Under the pieces are notes generated by a model. It did not search any database. It was not told where the DNA came from and saw only the letters and a program-made list of their open reading frames with translations. Positions 36,441-50,261 of a stretch of 64,000 nt of DNA are shown here, piece by piece; positions within the stretch are counted from its first letter, which is position 1, and each line of letters starts with the position of its first letter. The stretch spans positions 124,001 through 188,000 of the forward strand of contig MU004201.1 of assembly GCA_010093605.1 (NCBI GenBank), in the 5' to 3' direction. A program made the position numbers and the translations under genes. The stretch comes from Lophium mytilinum. Its lineage: Eukaryota.

Positions 36441-37370
36441 NNNNNNNNNNNNNNNNNNNNNNNNNNNNNNNNNNNNNNNNNNNNNNNNNNNNNNNNNNNN
36501 NNNNNNNNNNNNNNNNNNNNNNNNNNNNNNNNNNNNNNNNNNNNNNNNNNNNNNNNNNNNNNNNNNNNNNNNNNNNNNNNNNNNNNNNNNNNNNNNNNNN
36601 NNNNNNNNNNNNNNNNNNNNNNNNNNNNNNNNNNNNNNNNNNNNNNNNNNNNNNNNNNNNNNNNNNNNNNNNNNNNNNNNNNNNNNNNNNNNNNNNNNNN
36701 NNNNNNNNNNNNNNNNNNNNNNNNNNNNNNNNNNNNNNNNNNNNNNNNNNNNNNNNNNNNNNNNNNNNNNNNNNNNNNNNNNNNNNNNNNNNNNNNNNNN
36801 NNNNNNNNNNNNNNNNNNNNNNNNNNNNNNNNNNNNNNNNNNNNNNNNNNNNNNNNNNNNNNNNNNNNNNNNNNNNNNNNNNNNNNNNNNNNNNNNNNNN
36901 NNNNNNNNNNNNNNNNNNNNNNNNNNNNNNNNNNNNNNNNNNNNNNNNNNNNNNNNNNNNNNNNNNNNNNNNNNNNNNNNNNNNNNNNNNNNNNNNNNNN
37001 NNNNNNNNNNNNNNNNNNNNNNNNNNNNNNNNNNNNNNNNNNNNNNNNNNNNNNNNNNNNNNNNNNNNNNNNNNNNNNNNNNNNNNNNNNNNNNNNNNNN
37101 NNNNNNNNNNNNNNNNNNNNNNNNNNNNNNNNNNNNNNNNNNNNNNNNNNNNNNNNNNNNNNNNNNNNNNNNNNNNNNNNNNNNNNNNNNNNNNNNNNNN
37201 NNNNNNNNNNNNNNNNNNNNNNNNNNNNNNNNNNNNNNNNNNNNNNNNNNNNNNNNNNNNNNNNNNNNNNNNNNNNNNNNNNNNNNNNNNNNNNNNNNNN
37301 NNNNNNNNNNNNNNNNNNNNNNNNNNNNNNNNNNNNNNNNNNNNNNNNNNNNNNNNNNNNNNNNNNNNNN
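36441..37370. other. Assembly gap (930 N) within the LINE reverse transcriptase
   Basis: Run of N. Both flanks are colinear parts of the LINE ORF2. Confidence 1.
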
Positions 37371-38554
37371 TATAAAGGGTAGAGTTACCGGGCCTAGAGA
37401 GGGGAGAGAATTAAGGGGGGTGCCTTAATTTCTTTCTAACCGTGCGGCCCTATTTGGCTAGCTTCTATGCCCCTTTAGGGTCCTTTATTACTTTCTCTAC
37501 TATGCGGCGCTATGCCTTAGTACTCTTCTTTCTTATAGCTCTCTTCTTATAGTTATATTAGACCTAATATAATATCTAGTTCTTTATAGACTATAATAAG
37601 CGCCACGTTCTATATGCCCGCCTAGTTTTATGCACCTCTTTTAAGTACTCTTCTATCTATAATAGTAAAGCGTATATTAAGGGCTATACTATTAGCACTA
37701 TAGCATTAATAGTAAATTTAATTAGTTAGTATAGGATGTGCATAAAATTATCTAGGTCCTCTTCTTCCTCTTTATCTAGGGGGTTATTCTAGCTTTCTAG
37801 CTCTATTAGCTAGGCTATAAGGTACTCTATACGTTCTTCCATACAACGTTCTTCTATAGCCGGCGTTGGGGTTGCTAAGTTACTATTAGTAGTATAATAT
37901 TAGGGTTAGAGTAATATTAAACTCTGTATATATAGGGTAGTAGTCTAAGTTATAGTTCTATTTCTCTTAAACTATATAGGACGTTATTTATTCTATTAGT
38001 AATCCAGTTATAAATATAAGGTTAATTATAGTTTGCAATATTTCTCTTGCCTACGTTTTAATGCCCTCCTTTGTAGCTAGGTCTATACCTGCTTCTATTA
38101 TAATGCGGATAAGCTCTTCCGCCTGCTCTTCTATCTAAATACCTATATTCCTCCCCAGGATAGTAGGATAGATAGGGTAGGTTTATATTGCCTGTTAGTA
38201 TATACTCTACTTCCTTCTATAGTATAGGGGGTAGCATATCTATAATCCTGCGTGGCTTTAGGTTATAGATATTATAAATTTAAATATTCTCTCCTCTAGC
38301 TTAGAGGGAGAGGGTAATAAGGTTTAGTAAGTAATATTTAATAGTCTACTAGCCCGGGTCTAGGCACTTATTAATATATATATATATTCTAGCATTTAGG
38401 CTTCCTCTATATAGTAGATGGTATAATTTTATGCATAGTAAGGTATAGTTCTAGGTATTCTTCTATAGTTTCTATATAGCTAGCACTAGCGGCTAAGGCC
38501 GGGCCGCCTCCGCCTTCTTAAGGAACTCTCTTTAAGTCTCTTAGCTTTTATTAA

Positions 38555-39234
38555 GGGGACTAGTAATGCCACACCGGGTTCTTCCTCCACGCACACCGTG
38601 TAATTCCTCTACGCACACCCCCCTCCCGTCTAATCTTCTAATTGGCCCGGGGAGCTCGGATCACTACTCCGGCGCTTACGTATCCGTGTTGTAGGGTGAG
38701 GCTGCACAGCCTTCCTATTTTATTGTATGTTCTTACCGCTTCCAGCAGCCTATATACAGCTGCGCGTGAGGCCTTACATAAGGCCGTGCGTGAGGCCGCA
38801 CGTGAGGCCGTACGTAAGGCCGTACTTACAGCAAGGCTGTGCTACATACCCGTTTTAGCATGCATACTGCCCGTTTCCTATGTATATAGGCCATTATATT
38901 GCTACGTACGTGCCTACGCGCCTAGGAGTATGCTAAAACAGTTAAAACCTCACCTTATTGCGACCCCTCCGCATTAAGCCTGGCCGCAGCCGCCCTCCGT
39001 GGTGCTTCGAGGGCCATGGTGAGTGTATTGTTGAAGTAGAGAATAAGGATGTAATTATTTGTGGCCACGCCGCATTTAGACAGAGCGTAAGATTAGTAAG
39101 CAACTTAAGCGAGCGAATCGGAGGCCTCGGAGCCACTCTCCGGGCCAATTAGAAGATTAGACGGTAGGGGGTGTGCGTAGAGGAAAAGGAGGGTGTGCGT
39201 GGAGGAAAAACCCGGTGTGGCATTACTAGTCCCC
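38555..39234. mobile_element. Non-autonomous TIR element (MITE, MULE-like), 680 bp, 8-bp TSD TTTATTAA
   Basis: GGGGACTAGTAATGCCACACCGGG ... CCCGGTGTGGCATTACTAGTCCCC. TTTATTAA at 38547-38554 and 39235-39242. Confidence 0.92.
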
Positions 39235-40465
39235 TTTATTAATATTATACTATATAATAGTAAGTATATTAGGTTATCCTATTATTAAGTATCTATAGAG
39301 TCTTTAGAATTAGCTATTATAGCCCGGCTAGCCTTAGTGCGGAGCTAGTGGCTTACTACTTCTTCTTCCTAGATAGACGGCACCTAAGTAACGTTAAATT
39401 ATAATAGGCTGGCGTCGCTGCCGTAGGCTATTATTTAAGAGTAGTGCAGCATTTTATAGATAGGCCAAGGAGCTTTATAGGAAGGCTAAGGGCTGCTATA
39501 GCTAGGCTGCTGCGTTAATTAGGAGGTATATACTAATTAGGTAGTCTGCGTAGCATAGGTAGACTATAGTACTCTATTAATCTTTAGTTATTCTAGGTTC
39601 TTATATATACCCGTAAATAGGTAAGGTTATTTTTGTCCACTCTATGTACTACTATTAAGTGCATTATTATTCTTAGAGGCCTTTCTCTTCTTCCTAATTG
39701 CATTAAGAGATTATAGTTCTATTATAGATTAGAATACTACTATGCCTGGCATTCTACCGGTTCTATTACTATTATTATAGTTAGCTTTATAGTGGGTTAG
39801 TACTGCCTACCTTCTTATATTAGCTTTTAGCTAAGTATTCTTCCTTATAGTGCATGCTGCGCTATATAATAGATAGCTTCTCTTATAGTTAGCGCACTTT
39901 CTAATACTCTTATCTATGCATTATTTTATTTTATGTGCTCTTAACTATATTACGCATACTATCTCCTTTTTATAGTGCTGTATAATGTACCTATAGCCCT
40001 AGTATTAGAAGTATTAGGTGGCTGTAAAGCCTGCCTTATACCTTAATGCCTCTAGTATATATCTATCTTATACTATTTTTTCTATAATCTTATTTCTATT
40101 ACCTCCATGCCTATAGTAATAATGGCCGATAAGGCGCGCTAAGTAGGGTTATTCTTAATAGCCTAGATTTAATTTAGGTGCTTCTATATAACTTTATATA
40201 AAACTAGGCCTAGGTAGAGTTCCTTATTATCTTATATAATATTACTTTGCAGCTCTAGGTTTTCTATATCTATTTCTTTTAGCATGCCGTGCACTTCTAG
40301 GAGGACCTTAGGCAGCTAGATTTATCCCGTTTTACCTAGCACCTCTATCTATTTCTTCTTCTTTAGTAGGGCCTTCTTAGCCGCTATATCTAGCACGTAG
40401 GCCTTTATATTACCACTCTATAGCTTTCTTACTCCGTGGATCTTTATAGTGTCGGGCTCTCCTGC

Positions 40466-43400
40466 TATTATGGGCCGTGAGGTACGCAGGTATATTAAAT
40501 AAGAAGTAGAATTATATTATAAGACGTGCTGCAAGGAGCCGGAGTATAAGGCTGCTCGCAATCTATCTAGAGAGGCACGCTGGTGGCGGAACAATAATAT
40601 TTCTAGCAAGCACGTAACTGCCAGGCACGTGCTAGGTTTGTAGCTAGAAAAGAGGCCTAGATCTATTACACTACCCCCCCTCTAAAGAGAAAACCCCTCC
40701 TCCAAATAAGGGCTAGACAAACCGTAAGACGAAGCGACTGTAGGGCTTGGAGCCGTGGAGAGTATATAGCAGGCGGCCGTAATTATAATAGGAGGACTAA
40801 TTATAATGGGAGGGCTGTTCGAGTTTAGGGTTGTAGAGTTAAATATTAGTAAGCGTTTCGCCTATATATTAGTAGCCTATATAACATTACTATACTTAGC
40901 TTAGAGTTAGAGGTACGCACTACACTATAACCTATAATTATAGATAAACCTATAGTCTTACGGCGGCGTGCTTACGGCGTTACTAGGTAGTAACCTCCTC
41001 TAACGACTTAGCGGAAACTATGCGGCGGAGGATCCAACTAAAGCAAAGAGTTTAGTCTTACTTTAATTAGCTAGCTAACCTTATAGCTTATGTTGTAATC
41101 TTTAAGCTATTGACTTTAACTAATTCTAGCCGTAGGGCTACGAATCGCGCGGCTGGTTGCTCAGGCGTGTCGTTTAAGTCCGGATCCTTGTTATAGCGCT
41201 ATTCTTCTAGTGGTTTTAGAAAGTTCTTATACGGCCCGTCCTTGCGTAGATGTAGTTAATGAAAACGCTATATAAGTTTGCGCGCTCCCTCTCCTTTAAA
41301 ATAACTCCAATTCTACTATTTACTTAGCTTAGTATATCTAGTCTACTAGGCTTTATATTGCAGTTCTTAATAGCGGCCGCGTTGGCGCTATTTACTTGCG
41401 ATGATGTTGTTAATAGGATACTCTATATTCTCTTATCCTTCGTTATTAACAACTACTACGGGCGGTAGCTCTAGTTGTTGTTAGCCTTTAACAGGCTGGG
41501 CGTTATAGAGGTGCAGTAAGTATAGTAAGAAAACTGGCTACACCCGTTTAGCTAGCATGTCTTGTAGGAGCTTAAGCTTATATGCGGCGCTGTGGTTAAT
41601 AACTTTTTTAATCTAATACAGTCTAATATTCTTATAGTCTAAGGACTTATTCTTGCGCTCCATTTTAATATTACGGGCGTTAAGCTAAACCTAATTACCC
41701 ACCCTCATTAACGGCAGCGGGTTGCGGTGATAGTGAGTAAACTCGGCTTGCTTATCTTTTGCCTAAGTTATTTATTGCTGGCCCTCCGTAAGCACTTCTT
41801 ATAGGTGAGTGGCGTATTAATTAGCGAGGGTTAGGTTTATACGCGTGCGGTGTACTAGGCCTTATTTTAGTAGAGCTGGTGGCTCTATACCTTATTTTAG
41901 GTGGAATCTATAGTTAAAGAAAAACGGTAAGAACCCTATAGAAGTGTTGACTGTGTTATTTGCAATAAATTTGCCAATAGGTAGTTGGTCGACCTAGTCG
42001 CTTTATTAGTAGTTAATAAATAGCCGCAGGCAGGCTTTTATAAATAAGTTAGCGTTCTTAGTCTGCCCATCTATCTTAGGGTAATACGCTATTAACATCT
42101 ATAGGTTTACCCCTAGGCGCGTCTAAACGCGGCGCTAGAAGTCTAAGGTAAAATTAGTTCCTAAGTCGCTAACAATTCTCTATAGAAGTCTATATAGACG
42201 GAAGATCTCTTATATAAACGCGTCTACAACCTCTTTAGCTATTATACCTGCTATAGGGATATAGTGTCGTTGCTTAGACAAGCGGTTAATAATAACAAGA
42301 ATTAAGCTGTACTTAATGCCGTTCCTGCTATAAGGAGGAAGATCTGTAACAAAATTAAATGCAATATCCGTCTAACGGTGTTCCCCTACGGGTAAGCTGC
42401 AAAGTAGGCCTTACTTCTTACTTCTAGAGGCTTTAGCTTAGCGGCAACTATAGCAGGCTTTAGTAAATTGCTTTACTAAGTCTATTGTTTTAGGCTAGAA
42501 GTAGTATCTCTAGAATAGCTTATATGTTCTATGCTTCCCTAGGTAACTACTAGCTAGTACTATATATAAGACTTGGAGTAGTTATAAGCGTAGCGCTGCG
42601 TAATCTAGTATGTAGAGTCGGCCGTAATAATACAGGCGCGCTTTATTATCTTCGCTAATAATCTTAAACGCGCCTATATCTAGGTTACCTAACAGTTGTC
42701 GGAGTTCTATAGGTAGGGTGCAGGCTTCGTTCCGTATAAGCGTTATTAGAGAATGCACCGCAGGGTCTATTAGTTTATCTGGTGGCGCTGGTAGATAATA
42801 CGCGTTACTAATTAGGTCGCTAAGTAACTGCGCTGGCTTATTGTTAGAATTAGGTTCTACAGCAGGGAGAGCACTGTCTTTCTGTATGGTAACAGGTGCA
42901 AGCTAGAAGAAGTTAAGATAGAGGCTTGCGGTAGGTAATAGGTCGAGCATAAGGTAATAAGGGAGTTCCTTAAATAAAGAGCTAGGTGTAGAGTTAGCCA
43001 ACGGGCTGCTTATTATATAGCTTAGCTGCTTAGTTAATTTATCTACGTTCCCGTCGTTATATTCGTTTTAAATAGTAATACTTATAACCGGCGCTACTTC
43101 TAGGCCTAGGTAATGGCTTTTAAGTATTGTCTGGTGCTAGAACTTATTCCGCGGATTATTAGGCCCCTAGGGCAGGTCTTATAAGCGCCTGGTTAAACTA
43201 TCTAGTTTAACGCCGAAGACGCCTGGTCGATAGATAATCTTAAAATTAAAGCCGGCGAGGAATTCCGCCTATTGTGCTTATTGTCTATTTAGCTGCTTAG
43301 TTGTTATGAACTATTCTAGGTTATAGTAATCCGTAAGGATCTTAGTTAGATCCTCTGGGTCTGCGCTTGCGAGTTTAGGGCGCCACTATTTAAAAACTTT

Positions 43401-46400
43401 AATAATTGCAAGGAGTTCTTTATTATATATCTTGTAATTAGTTTCCTGCAGCGTTATTTTTATAGATAAGAAAGCAACGGGGTGTAGTAGCCCGTTCTTT
43501 CCCATCTATAATATAACTCCTGCGATAATATAATTAGAGGCGTCAGTCTCTAGGTATACCTTTTTACCGTATTAGAAATAGGCTAGCACTAGTACGGACG
43601 TGAAAGCTTCTTTAAGGATTTGGAATGCCTTTTTGCAGTTATCCGTCCATTCAAATTTAGGTTGGGGTCTTCCTTTCTTGTTCTTTTTGTTGCTGTCGGA
43701 CGTGCGCATTATTAATGTAAGCGGGTAGACAATACAAGAGAAGCCGTAAATAAAACGCCGATAGAAATTAGCCAGGCTAAGAAAAGCTTGTACGTCCTTA
43801 ATGCACATAGGCGTCTGCTAGGTAGTAATAGCTTCTACTTTCTTAGGGTCTATACGAATGCCCTTTGTGTAATAATTAAGCCTAGATATTTAACCTATTT
43901 AATGCTGAACTCGGATTTCTTAATATCGGCTTGCAATCCGTGCTTACGCAGCCGCTAGAGTACCTTCTTAATGTGTTTCTTGTACTAAGTTTTGTCTATA
44001 GAGTATATTAGAATATTATTAAGGTAAGCGGAGTAAAAGTTATTAAGGTAATTATAAAGTACGTTATTAATATATTCTTAGAAGGTTGCCGGTCCTTCTA
44101 TAAGCCCGAATAGAAGGACCTTAGACTTAAATGCGCCGTAACGTGTCGCAAAGCCTGTAAAACGCTCGTCTTCTGGTCTTATCTAGATTCTATTAAAAGC
44201 ACTAATAACGTCTAGCTTGGTAAACTACTTAGCGTGGCTAAGGCGATTTACAGTCTCTTAAATTAGTGGTATAGGGTACCGTAATTTAACAGTAAGAGTA
44301 TTAACGGCGCAATAGTCTATGCAAAAGTGCACTCCTCCGCCTAGTTTGCGGACAAGGAGAATTAGAGAGAAGACGTCGGATTAGGCTAGTTTAATAAAAC
44401 CTTTAGTGAGATTATTATATATCCACTTCTTTACTACCTATAGTTCTCCTTTTAATATTAGCTATAGTTATGCGCGTGGAAGTTTTTCCTCTGCGCTAGG
44501 AAGTAGGTGGATCTCGTAATCTACGCCAGGTCGATTGGGGGGAAGAGTATTAGCGTCGGTTTAGTTAAATACGTCGACAAACTAATAATACTTCTTTAGT
44601 AGTTTACGGAGGATCTTTTCCTTTGTTATATAGGTCTTGGCCCGGAGGAATTTATTAATGTCTGTTATAGTAATAGCGTTAACGCGTTTAGGTACATCCG
44701 CGCCTTATTGCACAATAAGGACTTAGATACCGTTGTTGTATATTAGGATGTCGTGATTAGCGTTAATATCCCGCAGTATATAAAGCGGTAGTTCTTTAGT
44801 AAGCTAGCCTTTCCTTATATAGGCGTAAGTTAGTCCAGCTAAGATATAGTATATATCGGCCGCGTCGTTTTAAAGTGTAAAGGGAATAGCCTAAGGGTAA
44901 TAAGACGGGCTCTAGACTAATATGCTTGCGCTGTTTCTTATATAGTAGCGTTTGCAGTACAGGCGGAAGAAATTGCTACGGTGTTCCTGCCAGTTAATTG
45001 CGGGGTTATGTCTGTTAAGCTATTTGTATCCTAGAATAATTAACGCTAGTTTAAGGTCTGTAACGAAAGCTTTAAATTACTTAGCGTGCCCGTTAAGATT
45101 AAAATAGATAAGTGCGGCGTAAGTAATCTTCTTCGCGATGGCACCACCGTCCGCGAGCTTAAGGGTTCGGGTCTTAATTAGGGGAATAAGGGGAAGGTTG
45201 TTGGTGTGCGCGTAAGTAGTATTAATAAAAATATATGTAGCTCTACTATTAAGTAGAGAGAGAGAGTAGGGGTAGTAGAAAGAGGCTTACTATTCTTATA
45301 TGTCTAAACGTCTCCTATTAGCTTTAAATGGTACTTGTCCTGTAAGGCGACGTCCGTCTAAAGTAAAGCCTTGCTAATCTTAAGAGTGTCCCTAGATTCT
45401 AGCCTAACCTTTTCTAGCTTATTTATAGTACCTACTATTCCTTTATATATTAACCGTGTAACTAGTATTAAATTGCTACCACTTACTGTAGGCCTAAAGT
45501 CGCGGCTATAACCTAGGGCTAAGTATTTCCCTATCTGTAACTATAGCTCTAAGCGTTGCCTTAACCTTGCGGGTTAGTGTTGTTTATTGTGCGGATAGCC
45601 AGGGCGCCGGGCTGGGTCTAACAAGGATAGTTAGGGCGCTGGGCTACAAGCTAAGCTATAGGGTAATTAGGGTTACCCCTCTTATAGCTAGGTACACGGC
45701 AACAATAGTATCCTCTAGTAGCCCTAAGCGCAGCACGCTTGGCTTAAGATATAACGCTAGGGGGCTGCCATCCTATAGGGACGTTGACTGGTCCCTATAG
45801 TAGGCTAGTACGAGGATTAACGTTACTATTAGTGGTTGCTGCGGTAATAGCAAGAGGGCGGTTTAGGCTAGTATTGTATAATTAATTAAATTAAGGAGGG
45901 TTGTACGGGGTGCGCGGCTGCTGTAATTAAGTATAACCTCTACGCTGGTAGCCCCTACAATAACCTCCGCAACCGCGCTGCTATCTGCTTTGTTGTTGTG
46001 TACCTTGTTAGTATAGCTTAGTGCGTAGAGTGCAGTTAGCGCGTAGAGTAGTGGCGTTGTCGCGCTAGTAGCGGCGCATAGCCGCGACTATATCTTATAC
46101 TCTATTAAACTCTTTACCTATAGTGGCGCCTTTATTAACCTAAAGTAGTCCTTGTTTGTAGAGCTCTCTCTAGGTGTTAAAGTTTTAGTTTTATTAGGGT
46201 ATTATAGAAGCTTACTCCTGCAAATAGCTAAAGAAGTTATTAATAGGCTTGTTCTTTTCTTAGACTATATTTTATATACTCTCGCGGGCTGTGGCTTCTA
46301 TATCTAGGTTAAGAAACCGATTATCTATAAAGGCCCATCCTTCTACTAGCGTAAGGAGACTATCTGCGGATATTTGCTTTGCAGTAATAAACTTTCTAGT

Positions 46401-48759
46401 AATAGAATTAGGCTTAACGCGCGAGATTATATACAACAGTTATCTAATATTAGTTTAGAAGGCGCGGCCCCCTCTAGATAGCTTAAGCATAACGCGTAGC
46501 TTCTATCCTAGATAGAGTAACTTGTTGCCGTCGAATTCTAGTGCATCCGCAACGTAGTTACGGGACGGTGAGCGCGAACGTGATCGTAAATAGTGGCGCT
46601 TAGAACGGTGGCGGTTGTAACTACGGCCGCGGGGGCTGTTATTACTATTAGATAAACTGCTGGAGCTACTGGAATCGCTAGAGTCTAGATTATCGCGCTT
46701 CTTCTTGCGTAACTTGCTCTTCCTGGAGCGCTTTTTATTCTTGCGCGCGGCGTTGTCCTTATTACCCCCGCCTGGTATTACTTTAGTAAACGGGAATAGC
46801 CTATTAATAGCGTCTAGCTTCTTTAAGGTTGTAGCTGTGGTTATAACTAGTATAGTCTTATTAGATAGAGTCGCGGTTACTATTATAGGCGTAATAATAG
46901 TTGCCCAACGCTTAAGTCTCTTATTCTTAGCCTGGAGGGCTTTAACGAAAGTAGCGCGGTTCTTATAGACCTACTTGGCGGACAAGAAGCTGCCTTTCTA
47001 AATGGCGGCATTAGTAATCTGGCGTTTAATTTCGTCTTTATATTAATTAGCTTTATCCTTAGCTTTCTTAATTTTATACCCTAGCTTCTTAATACGGGCG
47101 CTCTATTAGAGTATTTCTTCTAACTTATTTACAAGTTGCAATTCTTAGTTGTTAGCCTTAGTCTTAAGCAGCTGGCTCTATTTGCTGGAAGACGCATTAA
47201 CGAGCGCGTTGCGCTTAGCGATGGCCTGATTACGTTCAGCTATTAGGTCTTCTTATTTCTTCTCCAGCGTAATAATTTTAGCGTTCTACTCTGCTTGTTG
47301 TTCCTTAAGGACAAGAACCTTATTACCCCTATCTTAGGCTAGGTCTTCTTTCTCCTTAACTATATTTTGTTTAAGATAAAGTCTATCCGTTAAGTCCTTG
47401 CAGCGAAGCTCTGCATCTTTACAAGCGATTGCCTTACGCTGAGCTTGCATCTTGTATCCCTGGAGGATCCGGTACTGCTTGCTAGAATTAGCCTTAACTA
47501 GTAAAAGGTAGGTGTGCGCATTATCGATTTAAATAAGTTAGAGCTAGTCCGCTTAGCCAACCGTAGAATAGTTAATAAAGGTTAATTCTTCTATAAAATG
47601 GCCTAGGGTGTTCTGCATAAGCTCTAGCAAGGTCTTTCCCACACGGCGAGCGGTAGTATTAATCTTACTAGGCGGTCCGTTAACGCCATGCTTATATATA
47701 TTCTCTTCTTAAGTAAATGGCTGGCTACGGCCTAGTGTTTACTAGGTCTCTTTGGGGTTAGTATTCTGGGCGCACTATTCCTTCTGCAACTGGCGAAGGC
47801 GCTTAAGGCGGCCTTGTAATAGTGAGGGCGACATCTCGTTGCCGCTAGATAAGGTGGAAGAGGATGAATAGAATAAGGGTTTATAGTTAGAGTTAATATA
47901 GATAGGGTCTTCCTTAGCCAACATATTAATAAGGTGCAGGAATAGAGTATAGCCTGTAGGTTACTAAGGAAGATATTATACGCAGCGTAGTAGAGTGTAG
48001 CTCCTTGCGCTTTTTTATAGAAAAGAGGTTGGTGATAAAAAGAGTATATAGAATAGAGAACGCAGGTAAGGGCGGCGGCTAGCTTAAGTGGCTACGTGGC
48101 TAGAGCTAAGTTAGGTCGGGCGTATAGTGAATAATTAGTAATTAAGTAGCCACTTATCTTAGCAATTTCTTAAGTAAGCCTATAGCTACTAAGTTTAACT
48201 AAGCGGCCCGCAGGCGATTAACTAAGCGGCCCGCAGGCGATTAACTAAGCAGCCCGCAGGCAATTAACTAAGCGGCCCGCAGGCTTATTAGCTAAGCGGG
48301 TCCGTAGACCGTTTTATACGCCTGCAGGCCGTAGGAATATAGTTGTATAGACCTAAGGGTTACTTAACTAGGCGGGCTTGTAGGCCGATGACAGGTTCTT
48401 AATAAAATTGGTGCCCGCGGGCCGTATAATTAAGCTGAGAGGCTATACTACTAAAGTGACAATATTAAGGCTGCTAGCGGTATAGTACAGCGTAAGTTCG
48501 CGACGAGTAATTAGAGCCGTGGAAAAGAAAATCGTGTGTATAGGCAGCACGTAGTATCACGGGCCGTAAGGTACGCAGGTGTATTAAATAAGAAGTAGGA
48601 TTATATTATAAGACGTGCTATAAGGAGCCGGAGTACAAGGCTGCTCGCGATCTATCTAGAGAGGCACGCTAGTGGCGGAATAACAATGTTCCTAGCGAGT
48701 GTGTAACTGCCAGGCACGTGCTAGGTTTATAGCTAGGAAAGAGGCCTAGATCCGTTACA
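40466..48759 (-). mobile_element. Gypsy family B, full-length copy 2 (LTRs 48555-48759 and 40466-40670, TSD CCTGC), more heavily RIPed
   Basis: LTRs are reverse complements of 14750-14954. CCTGC at 40461-40465 and 48760-48764. ORF 43572-43808 matches copy 1 RT. Confidence 0.96.
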
Positions 48760-49545
48760 CCTGCTACTTAGAGCTTATAGATAATAGCCGCATTTAAGTA
48801 TTTATTTAATGCGGTGCATTCCGCTTTATCCTTAATATATATAGTAATTTTATAGGTAGTCTATATTATATAATTTCTATTTTCTATAGTTTTACTATTC
48901 TTTCCTGCTGCCACCGCGGTATAGGTTGTTCTTTGTGTAGACAGCGCCTATATACCCTTCTTTATTTCCTCTATTATCTTTATTATCTTTTTCTATAGTG
49001 CTTATTATAGGTCCTCTATAGTACCCAAGAGGCCGGCTAGTACGCGTCCTGCGAAGTTCTAGAGGTGCTAGAGGTTTATCTTAGAGTTAGGGGGTTAAGG
49101 CTTATTATATAGGTAGTCTTAAATACTGCGGGCTTCTTAAACTAGTACTTAGACGTTAGCGTAGATATTCTACTTAGACTTTAGGTTATAGGGTTAGTTT
49201 TAGGGTTATAGTTAGTTTTATTAATAGTGCTGCATAATAGGGGTCGCAATATATAATTCTACTGCGATGCCGCCAGCACTACTTATAGGGCTCTAATGCT
49301 GCTTGCAGACGTTTATAAGGCCTTAAAGTAGCCTTAAGTAGCCCTCCTTAGGTTATATTTCTAAGATGCTGCAAATTTAATTGCATTATGTTTTTTAAAG
49401 TATATGTACACCTTTTCTAGGTTATATAAATAGTATTACTGAAAAAGAAATAGATTTTTATATAGTTACTACTATATAAAAAGCTAGATACTTAAAATTT
49501 AGAGGTCTATTTAGTAAGCTAAATAATTTCTAGATACCTAGATTA

Positions 49546-50261
49546 TATTATAGTATAAACGCAGGATTCTAATAATTACGTGCTAAGGTTACGTGCCGCC
49601 CTATATATAACCTAAGTAAGACGCTAGTCTAAAGCGCTAGGCTAAGACCTGTATACTAGCGTTTAACTATAACCTCGCAAGAGCTCCTCGCTCTCTCTTT
49701 CCTCCTTAGCTTAGATTTTTATTATAGTTAATACACCTTATTACTTGTATTATATTAGCCCCCTATATAATCTAAGCTTAGCTTTCTATACTTAAGATCT
49801 TGTTAATTATTTTCTAAACTCTTATTAGGCCTTACGGGTGATATTAGCTTGTAAGGGTACAAATAACTAGTATTAGAAAGTAAGATCGCTTCTTAATTAC
49901 ACTCTTTTATAGCGCTATAGTAAAACTCGCTGCCCGGCCTTATAACTCTATTATAAAATCTAGGCGTTTTTACTAAAACTAATTAAATACCCGCCAGCTT
50001 AGCTGTATAGCTACAGGCAACACCTAAATCTAATCTAGTAGATAGTAATCTAGCACCGCCTCTTTAAATAAGCTAGTTAATCTAATAGCTAGGCTTTAAG
50101 GTAATCTAATAACTCTAGGCGCTATAAGTAGCGCTAACCTAAATACTTTAGAAGAACTACCTACTAGCTATACTTCTATAACTCTATTAACCGCTAGTAA
50201 TAAGAAAGCCCGCTATACTACGCGCCTTGCGTGCTTTTAAGGCGCAGTTAAAGGCTCGTCT
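49546..50261 (+). mobile_element. Gypsy family D 5' LTR (~49546-49767) and leader, truncated by Gypsy E
   Basis: Homologous to the LTR at ~61972-62194. Followed by a self-complementary PBS AATCTAAGCT. Confidence 0.8.

Larger units (their letters stand above)
34178..49360 (-). mobile_element. Tad1-like LINE, near full length, RIPed; interrupted by a MITE, Gypsy B copy 2 and an assembly gap
   Basis: ORF1 has LEVHGM and three CCHC knuckles (~39850-40030). ORF2 endonuclease starts ~39284 (QYNINKS...LAI.., LTGNINL, TIINL). RT C-terminus LGVQVDSKLK and ILGAYKTT (36060-36340), zinc finger ~35500. The 5' boundary is approximate. Confidence 0.85.

Noticed and set aside
36411..37382. Long ORFs of 323 and 315 aa
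   Set aside because: Artefacts of translating the N gap.
35742..38546. Copia integrase/gag
   Set aside because: Translation shows LINE endonuclease and RT C-terminal motifs instead.
38642..39152. Short ORFs inside the MITE
   Set aside because: Low-complexity, overlapping and not conserved as open frames in the related copy at 9642-11826.
49180..49212. Telomeric TTAGGG-like repeats
   Set aside because: Only scattered imperfect units within a RIPed LINE 5' region, not a tandem array.
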